This document shows, one piece after another, positions 8,801 to 20,800 of a DNA stretch of 32,000 nt. Each line of letters starts with the position of its first letter. The first letter of the stretch is position 1. The DNA comes from Candidatus Lokiarchaeum ossiferum (GTDB taxonomy: Archaea; Asgardarchaeota; Lokiarchaeia; Sigyniarchaeales; Promethearchaeaceae), in NCBI GenBank assembly GCA_025839675.1, contig CP104013.1, positions 750,001 through 782,000 of the forward strand, given 5' to 3'. The notes under the pieces are model-generated. The model was not told where the DNA came from. It saw nothing but the letters and a program-made list of their open reading frames with translations, and did not search any database. The translations under genes were made by a program, and so were the position numbers.

Positions 8801-11800
8801 TATGGCTTGGAAGATGGCTATTCCTACTTCCGAGATCTCAGTCAAGGGATATTATGGACCCTTACCCAACTTCAAGAAAACATTGAAAATGATACAATCT
8901 ATGATGCAGGAGATATTTTTGATCGGGCTTCGGAATGTGCGTATTTAGGATATGTCGAGCAATTTACTACCATGATTCCGGCCCATTATATAAAGGATGC
9001 CGATCACGCGATTGTTGCTCAATTTGAAGCCCTATTTTCAACGCTCTATAATGATTTAACCTACATTGATACTTTAGCCGCTCTTGTAGATGCGAAAGAG
9101 CAAAATATCATAGATAAAGAAATTGAAATCCTATCTGCTGAACTTGCGTTAGCAAATGCCATCGATGATTTATCTATATTAAATAGTGAATTAGCAGCAT
9201 TGAATGCTCAATTGGCTTCAAATCAAACCCTTCTATCATCAACTCAAGATTATCTCAGTCAAAAACAAGCAGACTTAGTCGCGGCTGAGGTGGCTCGAGA
9301 TGATCCCTTGACGGGAGTAGATGCCTTATGGGAACTCATTGTCTTAAAGGAATCGTATTACGATTCGAATGCCTCCCGGGCGACGGCTATCACGAACTCC
9401 GATTCCACAGGATTACGAGGAATTGCTAAAAATGAGTGGGATAGCGCTGAAGCAATGTTGGCTTTATGGCAAGACTATTATAATTGGAACGATTCGCGCC
9501 AGCTTGCGATAAGTGATTCCGATTTCACCGGGTTGCGAGGACTCGCCTATGATGAATGGCAAACCGCTCAAACCACCTTAGATCTGTGGCAAGGCTATTA
9601 TGCAGCCAATATGTCTCTCCAAACCGAGTTAGGGGATGATCAGGTAGGATTAATTGCCGATGCATTAAATGACTGGAACGCTTTGGAAAATGAACTAACC
9701 CTTTGGCAAACATATCAGAGTTGGAATATTTCACGGTTGAATGAAATCGGCAGTGATGATTATCAAGGTGATCGAGGAACAATGTGGTTAATTATTCAGA
9801 GTATCGAAGATGATCTTAATTTCTGGATAAGTGAACGGGATAATTATTACGATCGAGCAGTGAACCAAATTACTGATTCTGATTCCTCCGGAGAGCGAGG
9901 TGCGGCCAAAGATGTCTGGGATGCTGCCCTTCTTGCCTTGTCAAATAAGGAAGCAGAACTTGTCTCATGGGAAGCAAATCTTGCGACCTATGGCGATAAT
10001 GAATCTGGACTTATTGGAGATAAAAAAACAGAATGGGATGCAGCCATAGCAGAAGTGATTTATTGGCAAGGAGAAGTCAATGCTCAGGCAATCATTGTGA
10101 ATACTGAAATTGCTGAGCGAGATCAATTATATGATGATGTGCAAAATCGATTATCAATAGCATCTTCTATTCTTAGCACAATTAATGCATGGGAAGCATC
10201 GCTTACGGCCTTGGAAGCCGACTTAGTTGATTTAATCCAAATTTGTGATGATCTACAAGATCTCGCTGATTATTATCTTCAGAGGCGAAATGATTTTACA
10301 CCTGGTTCCAGCGGATGGAATTACTGGGAAGATATGTGGTTTGACACCCTTTTTGAGTTATATAGGGCCCAGAGAGATGTTACTGATTGTGAAAATTCAA
10401 TAACTGCTTTAGAAAATGCAATAGGTGTCGATACAGGGTATTATGCCACTTCAACAGCGAAATGGAAGGAATACCGATATTATAAAGGAGACATTAATCT
10501 TTTGAATCCTGTTCAAGTCTATGAAGATTATATTTATCAAGCTAATACTGTAGTCCCAAATGTTCAAATCGTCCTATCATCCTATCAAAATTCCTTGGAT
10601 TCAAGTATAGCAAGTGCAACAATTAAAGAAATGGAATATGATGCATTAGTTGCCTATCGAGATAATACAATCTTAATTAATATTGCTTCAATTCAAGCTG
10701 AAATAAATGATACTTCTGAAGGAAGCTTGCAAGATGCGATTAATGACGCAGCTGCGGCCTATAATGCTTTAATTGACGAGTATAACAGTATCATGGATCA
10801 ACCAGACGGCTTTTATTGGATATGTGTAGCAACTATCGGAGATGAATCAATTGGTCTGGTGAAGGATCTAAATGATGCATATGATTATCGACAGTCGCTA
10901 ATTGATGAATATGATTACATCTATAATATTGCTTTACCCTTATGCGATGATACTATCAATAATCCTTCAACAGGATTGATAACACTAGCGAGTACCGCTG
11001 AAACCTATTATAATTCTTTGAATGCGACTCTTGTAGGGGTGAATGCTGATATTGCATATTGTGTCACCATTATTGGAGGTACCAGTTCAGGTCTTATTCA
11101 AGATCGGGATCAAAAGTTTGCCTTCTATAATTCACTCGTGGCCGAATATTTGGCCATTACCGAAAATGGGGGCAATTTGGATATCTGTACGGCTCAAATT
11201 GTAGCTTATATTGTCTTGAGCGATCAAGAAGAGCAAAAATATCTCGATTTAATTGCGGAATACAATTTGATTATGACTGTGATACTTCCGACATTAGATG
11301 ATGAAATCAATAATCCAACTACAGGTCTTTATGCCCTTCGTCAAGCTTTATTCGATACCATTTCGGTATTAAATGGAGAAATAGCAGGGATCTTGGCAGA
11401 TATTTCAACCCTTGAAGGTATTATTTATAGCATTGAAAATGACATTACAATTAAAACTAGCGAGATTTCTGCCCAAGAAGGTGTGCAAGCTTCCATCGAA
11501 GCCGACATCATAGGATTGTATAGTGATTTAGATGTTTTAAATTCGGAATTAAACACTCTCGAGGATCAGTATAAGCAAGAGTCGCTCTTAAAATTGGACC
11601 ATGCATATAACTTCATGTATTTAGTTCTCCAGCCCAAACTTACAGGCTTAAATTATAACATTTTGGATGATTCGTTAGCTTCATTTACCTCCCAATCGTT
11701 ACTGACCTATACAGGAGGAACACCTAATTGGAATCCAACTCTCGATATCTCCTCAATTCCCGATGGATTTATTGCAATCGGTATTTATGCCGAAGATACT

Positions 11801-14800
11801 GCAGGAAACTCGATCAACATAACTACACCGACCTATTTCCTCGATAAAGGATCTCCCGATGTAAGCTTGTTTTATCCAATAAGCGATTCCCAAGTAGAAG
11901 TTGAGAAAAATTTAGGAGTTGATGAGTATAATATGTTGACCTTTGCCTTCTGGGTCCAAGATCAAGATGTCAAAAAAATCAATCTACAATCCATGGTGAT
12001 TTTTAATGAATTTATGGCTCAAGATTTAAGTGATTATATCTGCCGCATCAATCCCGGAGAAATCTCACAAATCACGTTATTTTTCAATCAAAGTGAGTCG
12101 AATCTATTATTTGATCAATTTGTTGAATCCCCATGGATTGAAGTTACCGTCGAATGTGAAGATTACTTTGGCAAAAAAACCACCTTTACAACTCAATTCC
12201 AAGCAGTAGAACAAGTAGATACAAAAAATCCTGTTATCAATGAAATAATTTTACCCGATTCTCAGAACATTTATACTGGAGGTTTTGACGTTTGGATAAA
12301 TGCTACGGATCCCAATAATGGTACAGGGGTCAGATTTGTAGATTTGTGGATGGATAAGATGGACTCTGATCTCACTCCCGAAAGTTTGGTCTTTTTAATT
12401 GATCAATGGCAGCAAGACCAATTGCCAGAAGATCATATGTTGTTAACCAACTATTTAGGAATGATCACCGATCCAGAAGTGTCAGGGTTATATTATCTGA
12501 ATCCCTTCGAGATGAGCGGACGATTTGCCAACTTAACCTCAGGCGAACATACCTTCTATATTCGGGTATTCGACTACAATTATAACTATGTGACCTATTC
12601 ATTTAGCCGCACCATTATTATGCCTGAAATTAATATTTCACCGAATGAAATCATTTGTACCGAAGGGGAAAATAAAGAACTTTCCATTTTTCTCAAGAAC
12701 TTCGGCAATCAAATCGCCAATGTCACTTTTGAATTAATGTTTGCAGATGCGTTGGATCAAAACCCTGAAAATGGGTTTATCCCCTTGTGGAGTTTGACCG
12801 ATGTGAATGGCACGGATGGTTGGAATGTCACCTTTGCGCTAATTCCAGAACAAGATTTCTACTTGAATTATCGCATTGTACAGATGGATAACTCCATTAT
12901 TTCTTCTGTCACCCATCAAGAATTTTTAACTCAAATTGCGCGGGTACTATTTCCAGAATACAGCGGAAATGAAACCTATATTGACTCTGCGTATGCTAAA
13001 CATCGATTTACCGTCGATGATACCACCCCCCATGATATTACGATAAATTTAGGTGACGATATGATTTTAAATGATGAATGGACGCTCGAATCCTTCTGGT
13101 TTGGGAATTACACTACCCAAAAAGTGGAAGTTTTTCTGGATGATGAAATTGTAGGGGAATTTAATGCCACGGAAGATATTTTAGATAAATCGACGCCCTT
13201 ATATAAAGATACGACACCGATTGACAGTCAAACGGGGGAGACCTTCGTGTTAAACCCATATGATGAAACCACTGGGGAATATCTCATCGACGATGGAGAA
13301 TATGAAATGGTTGTCAAGGTCACCTTCCTCAACGGAAAATCCGCCACCAGCAACCCCATTTCCATCATCATTGATACCAGCAGTCCCGAGTTCCAAGAAG
13401 ACGGCATTTATCTCAATGGTGGATCCACAACGGATTATGAATGGGTTGATGATACTTATTTAGTGTTCACCAATGAAACCGTAGATATCGTCATTCATGC
13501 TCGAGACGATGTCACCGATATTACTGCCATCAATTTAACTTTGGGAACCAGTTTAGATCCTGCAGATGATGTTGTCACCATGGAAATCTTTGGCACGGAT
13601 CTCAATCTCTGGTGGGATGGGTCAGTGCAAGAACAATTGCGGGTGAATATGTCCGCCTTGGGATTAGCGGATGGCAAATATTATCTCCGTGTTGAAATTT
13701 TCTCCGGTGGGGGAGTACAAATGGATCAATCCTTTGCAATTGCCTATGATACCGATGCACCACTGGGGTATTTTAGTAATCCTGCTCAATATACCATCTA
13801 TACCCAAGATCATATCGAGCTGTTCTACACGTGTGCTACGGAAAGTCCTTTTGGGACCGCCCACATTCAATCCGTTACCTTTTATATGCAATTGATGGAT
13901 ACACATGAAAATATCACTCTGGGAACCAGTTCCGTTCCAATTCAAATACATACGGATGGAAGTCAGACTTTCGCTACTCTGTTTACCAATCCTCAAGCAT
14001 ATCAAGAAACGATAACCTTTTGGGTTTCGATACACGATGAAGCGGGAAATGCTCAATGGAATATTACCACAACCGAGCATGAAATTTCTACGTATCAGAT
14101 TATGTTAGATGGATTTACCAATGTTCTCCCAATGATACCAAATGAGGCCATCACAGGGTCCTTAAATGGATACTTCGAGTTTCAAACCGATCCTCAAAAA
14201 TTGGATGTGTCCATGGAATTATTGGTGAATGATGTCCCAATTGAAGATTTGGTCACTTTTGATCCAAAGGGGCTTGATGAGGATGAAGACTTTGCAATTG
14301 AGTGGAATGCTAGATTAATTCCAGAACAATTAAAAGAAGTCAAAATCCCATTTAACTTCCTCGAGTATTCCTCTGCTTCCTTAAATCCAGATCCCTCGAC
14401 AGATAAGCAAGCTTGGGGATTTTTCAATTCTTCGGATCGACCTTCTGTCGCCTATGTTTCGCAACAGCAACTCCACATCTTTATTCCTGAATTATTGGAA
14501 GAATCCGTGAATTTCTTTAACTGGGTTCATCTTTCGCTTCCCATCCCCTTAGATCCAGTTCTTCAAATGGAAGCTTTTGATTGGAATGCGGATGGCCAAG
14601 ATGAAATAGCCATTTTAACTGCAACCTCATTAATTATGGTCTGGAATGAAGATGAAATATGGGCATATATTCCTCTAGATCTATCCCTCCAAAATGTGGA
14701 TCAATTTTGCATAGGTGGTGCTAATATCTATTTAGCTAATCAAAATGAGTTGCTTATCTACACCAAGGATACTGATTCATCGTTAAATTTGATAGATACG

Positions 14801-17800
14801 ATTCTCTTAGATGGATCGGCTAAAATAAACGGTCTCACATTTGGATCTATTGCTCCAACAAATCTGTATTATCCGGTAATCACCACCAGCGAGAAACATC
14901 TCCAATATTATGATGGAACCAAGTGGCTTACTATGTTTACTTCTGCTTTTCCCTTTACATCTCACCTTTTCTGTGAAAATTTAGACTTGACACCTGCCCA
15001 TGAACTATTATTTGCTATCGAAATACCTGCAGGAACCATCCCTGAAACGGATGTCATTCGAGCGCAGTGGGATGAGGTTGATCTTAAATGGAGAGTTGTA
15101 AGCACGGGTGATTTCTCCGAAATTAAAGAAGTGTTTGATATTCAAACAGGCCATTTAGCTGCCGATAATTATGGACGAGTGATTGTGGCTCGGGGGGATG
15201 AACTGGCGATCCAGCGGTTGGGTGAAAAAGATCTTACATTCCTCTATTCGGATTTTTCCTATGACCCGTATACATCAAGTAGTCCATTCCAAGCTGGAAC
15301 TTTAACGGAAGATGTAGAATTAAGTAGTTCTTCGCTACTTGAAGCAAGGCTGGAAAATTCTAACTCAGATGTAAGCTTCAGTTCGGATTCAAGCTCAGCC
15401 TACAATATTGAATTTGACAGTATTGAGGATCCTGTCCCTACAACCGCATATTCTACAGTTAGTGCCAGTGAATTGCTCCAAAATCCTCTCTCATCGCAGC
15501 AATTAACCACCGGTAATCAAGACGCTCTTAGTACATCTCGGATTCTCGCTCCTTTTACTGGTGGATTTATTAATGATACGGCCGAGACGAAAGCTACGGG
15601 ATTAGAGATGACGGATTTCCGGTATGATTTCCGATCGGGATCGAACTATGATCTGGATCCCACCTTAAATCAAATTGGATATGATGTACTAGCGGATGGA
15701 GGAGTATCTGAAGGATATACATATTCAGATATTGGAATTGAAAATATCCAATCTTCAGGTATTCTGAAAAATTTCGCATTTTATCAAAATTTTGATATAA
15801 ATTGTGGTGATTATGAAACAGATATAGATTATGATGCCAATGGCCAATCCTCCTATTCAGTCACTTCTGAGCCCTTTGATGCTCACAGCAGGTTGGACGC
15901 TTTCCGGTATACACGATCAAATCCCGATGGTGGGTATATAGGGCATGGAAATAGTTATCCTCTCCATAAGGAAGACTATCCTATATTTGCTTATGACCGC
16001 TGCCTCCCTGCATATGGAGAAAAATTACCAGTCGGTAATAATTTTCTTAAAGATGATTTATCAATGACTATCCCCTTGAAATTAAATATTGATGTAAAAA
16101 ACTTCGATGTAGGAGAAGTTCGATTCCAACTTTCTTTAGCAGCTTATTCACATGTATTCTATTCGATTTACACCACTAATGGAGCAACCGATGGCAGATC
16201 AAATATGTATTCGGCAAATTTTGATTTATATTTAGTCTCGGGAGGAAATCGCTTGGAAATCACAGATACGTCATATTGGGCGACTGTGGGACACTATACA
16301 GACAGATTAGTCAGTGGGATAGAATGTTTACCCGTCCAATATTGGGATTTTAATTCACCCAATGTTTGGAAGGGTGTGGATGTACATATCCCTATTGGAG
16401 TCTGGACTGATTATGGGATTGATCCAAATGATTGTAAATTAGAAATTGTCATGACTGACCCCTATTTAAATCATTGCTATCCTCAATACAGTACTGGAGA
16501 AGGGATCTATGATACGAGTTCCTATGAAATTTACAGTATGGTCCGGACATTGATGTATCGGAGTATGATTTTGAAATATTTCCGAGTCTCATACTATCAA
16601 AATCCAAAATCTATAATGAATGGATTTATGACAGACTATGAGCAATTTAGTATATCTAATGGCATCCCAATAAATTTTGTTGCAGGTGAAGGTGATGATC
16701 CTACTGTCTCAGGAGGTCCGATTCAAATTAAGAAAGGAAATACGCTTCCTGAACCAGAGGAAAACGTGGGAAACTTCCAGACAGAATTGGGTGATTTCGA
16801 AAACTTACGGGTGAGTTTGAAAATTAAACCAGTATCTCAACTTTGGTTATCCGATGCGGATACAAGCCCTTTATCAGCACTGCTTAATCCTTTCTCATCT
16901 ACATCACTTTATTCGAACGACTTTCAAATTTCGAGTATTGTCTCGAGCACCCCTTCGTTAGTATCTTTAACAATTAAGTACTATACACCGAGCGGAGATT
17001 CTACTCAAATCCTATATCCCACAGACTGGGAGATGGTTGGAGATTATTTGCAAGGAGATGTTCTCCTTTGGATAGATGATGTATCGACTGAAAAAATTGA
17101 GATTGTTCCGACTCTTCAGTGGTCCGTCACGACATCGATTACTCGTTTAGATTTAGGAGATTATTTCTATCCAAAAACACCCTTAGTGGCAATTCAACGT
17201 ACAATTCCAGCATCCTCAATTCTCGTAGGCACAGCAGGTCAATTGCGAGAAAAAGCACAACTTTCAGATACCCTCATGAGTAAATGGGAATTAGCTCAGG
17301 ATGATAGCTACACTGCATTCTCCACCTTAGAATTTGCAACCGATATGCTGCTTGAAATTCCAAGTATTTTTCCATTGAATCAGCCTCAACAGTTAGAAGT
17401 CGCAATTCCAATAACTCCCGCTTTTAAAGTCTATAATCTTCAAAGTCAGATAATTACTGGAACTACATCCGCTTCAGATATCACCATTAACCCATTTATT
17501 GAGTACACATTGAATGGTATAGAATATATACCTCTTGAAGCGTCAACTCCAGCATCCATCAATGAAGGTATATTGTTATTCCGAATTGATACAATTGATT
17601 ATGGGACTTATTTCGATTTCCGAGAAGGGTATGAGTCACAAGGTTCCACGTTTTTGAATTTCCGGCTAAATATCGATTTAATCTTCCATGATCCTGCTGA
17701 AATGACGATTGCAGGATCCACTGAGTCGTCTATAAAAGCATCCATCACTTTCGGTACCCCTCAGACGACTTTGTTGATGTATAATGCCTATCCTCTAGCG

Positions 17801-20800
17801 ACTGCGGGAGAAAATAATCTCATATATTCTCAGACAATCGAGCTGGAATGCGACACGCAAAGTTCTCTCTTTAATTCAGGAGACGGAAGTTATCGAGGAG
17901 AAATGATTTCAGAATTTTCTGTCGATGCTTCTGAAATAACCAGTTTTGATGGACAACCTTTGCTTAATTTCCCACTGAAGATGGAAATCTCGCGGATTAC
18001 AACCGAAATCACTGCTACCACGACCTATGAAGTTATGTATGATAGCAACGGAGATGGGGATTACCTTGACGCCGATGAATTTCTCTTCTCCAATGAGGAT
18101 GGATCTTTTGATGGATATTATCACTTTGCCTTGAAAGAAGAGCGGGGGCAGACGGATCTTTACCGCACTCAGTTTGAAATCCGTATAACTTCGGTCTATC
18201 AAACCTATGTTGAGACTTCCTCTTTTGTGAATGAATTTAAATTGAATTATTATATTGATAATAATGCAATAATTACTCGAGACGATTTGAATTGGATATC
18301 GGATCAAGATATCCTAGGAGGAACTTTCCTATTTGATTTTGGTCTCCAAAGTACCTCTCAATCTTTTGAACATATTTTACAGTCTAACAATGCCTTAGAA
18401 GATGGAGAAATCGATTTCACCCATTGGGGCGAGTTAGCCTGTGAATTTGCAGTTAATTTACCGATAGATTACACCCAAGAAGATTTGGATGCGATCACCA
18501 TGCTCAATCTGGAAATTGCACCATCCAGTACCATTGTGGCAGAAATATGGACTCATGATGATCCAACCAATATGGTGGATTTAATGGATAATCCTTGGGA
18601 AACATGGGAAAGCGAATTCAATGGAGGTACTCAAATCTTCCAAATTAGGGATAGTGGCCTAACAACATGGACGAATTTAGGTCCCGCAGAAGATCCCGAA
18701 CTAGACGCTCTCTGTTGGGACGAGATGGTAGAATATTGGCTTTCACCCACCACATCCTTAAGTGAATTTGTCCAAGATGGAGGAGGTGTCGATTACTTAG
18801 ATTTCAGGGTAATTTTAGATACGACTAACTTTGGAGAAACCCATGTACCAGACCCCTATGACTCAAGTCGATATTCCATAGATCTCTCGGATGTTCGAGT
18901 ACGGCTATTTACCGAGGATCCCAAAGACGCAATGATTTACACCGCATCGCAAGATCTTGCATGCACTCCAAACGATTATGAGTTTTCCAGCTTAACCGTG
19001 GGAATTGATTCATCCTTGGAGATTGCAGGAAAGTTCGGTATTGGAACAGATGTTTTATTAGAGGATCTTCCAGAAGGAGCCATTATATATTCAAACATTC
19101 AGGCTTCCTTAGCGATTAAACACGATGGAGTTTATGTTGCCTATGGGGAATATACACTCACCCCATTCACAAACACGCAATCGATATTTGCAAACGCCTT
19201 GATAGAAGCAGAAATCCCCTCGATGGCCCAATATAATGCATTTACCAATGATAAAACGACTCCCTTAGAATTTCGAATTACTTGGACTTGGGAATTGGAG
19301 AACACCTATCTCTACCCTGTGCAATTTACCAATACTCAAAATTATCAAATTGATGCTGAAGGTTATTCATGGGATCAAAATAGTACTACACTCGCCCTTA
19401 GTAGCCACGTGTTAAATGTCCATGATTTAGATTTGGACAATGATTTTGATTTGCTGTTAGATGGCGGAAATGGGCTTTTGTTCCAAGAAAACACGGGATA
19501 TTATCCTATGACACTTAGGGCTTATGATGGCTATGATGAATTAATTTGTGAGCAATCCTTCTTCGGTACCCTTGATTCAGGAAGTCCGCATCCAGAACTC
19601 ACGTCTTTGGAAGACCGGATCGGAGATCATTTAATCCCCGAATTCAATACCCTGATGGACTTAGTTATTGTAGATTATTCTCCAGATTTAATGCATTTGG
19701 ATATCTTCTTTTCGGAAGATGGAACGTTTGTGGATATAGATCATGTGGATTATGAAACATCCCATATATTCGGCAACGGGGATTCACTTCCTGTACCAAT
19801 TAATGATTATTTCTATCCGATTTCGCTGGATACAAGCAGTTTTGGAGCCGATGGAATGAAATATTTGAAAATAGTCGGAATTGATAGTGTCGGGAATTTT
19901 GGAGAATATTTTATGGAATTTTGGTATGATCGTCAAGATCCTCTTACCTCGATTAGTTTTTCGCATTCCGATGCATCCAAAGTCTCTTTACAGACCGAGG
20001 TCACCTTACAAATTTCGGATTCAGGCAATGTGGATGAAGCGGGTTCAGTTAAAGAAACCCACTTGAAAATCTGGAATGAAGATCAAACCGTTAGTTATCT
20101 CCATGAGATAATTTCAAAGGAAGAGATTGAAGCTGGAAGTCTTTCCCTTTCCCTATATGAGGATATAATCGTCCCATATAATCTGCAGGCGGATCATTTA
20201 ATGATGGAATATTGGAGTATTGATTTCGCCAGCAATGAAGAAGTGCACCAATGGGAAGATATCATAATTGATGATAGCTACTCTATCCGACTTTACTCGG
20301 ATGAAACCTATTCCACAATCTTAGAGGGAGAAGTATCAGTCCAATATTTAGATCAACTCTTTGGAAAAATCTTGGATACTTTTGATCAGCCCCTACCGTT
20401 CGGATTTGAAGTTGACTTGCACTTAGATGGGTTGAAATATTCAACTATTCACATCTGGAATAATGAAGGGAATTTCAACACCACAATCATCTCAAGTGAA
20501 ATTCAAGGTGAGGATTTACGAACTCTTCCAGGCACCATTATCAACCATAATGGATGGTCTGAGGATCAATATCATGCAGATCGCATAATTGATTTACCAG
20601 TTAGGGGTGAAATCCAAAAAATTGAAACCCAAGGATTATCCCGGTTCTATTATCAAGATGTCAATGATATGGAACTATCCTATTCGAACTTAGATCTTGA
20701 AAATCTCGCAGTTGGGCAAAATTACGAAGGAATTCACTTGGATCTCTTTATTCCTTGGCAATTTAATGATAATGTCGGCACCACTTTTGAGAAAATTCAA

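Larger units (their letters stand above)
9020..11600 (+). other. ~860-aa predominantly alpha-helical / coiled-coil stalk in the middle of the ectodomain
   Basis: Composition switches to Ala/Leu/Glu/Gln/Asp/Asn-rich, with few Pro/Gly and heptad-like runs. Examples: LAALVDAKEQNIIDKEIEILSAELALANAIDDLSILNSELAALNAQLASNQTLLSSTQDYLSQKQADLVAAEVA and ILADISTLEGIIYSIENDITIKTSEISAQEGVQASIEADIIGLYSDLDVLNSELNTLEDQYKQ. Confidence 0.6.

Noticed and set aside
13664-14080. Antisense and alternate-frame ORFs nested in the giant gene. Examples: 13664-14080 (-) 138 aa, 17909-18307 (-) 132 aa, 23822-24199 (-) 125 aa, 29270-29644 (-) 124 aa, 4881-5222 (-) 113 aa.
   Set aside because: All lie entirely inside a 9,599-codon ORF with strong coding character. 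Their translations are low-complexity or Arg/Ser/Leu/Ile-rich, as expected from reading a coding strand in reverse. The longer ones cluster where local GC is higher and stops are rarer. None has an SD or start context.
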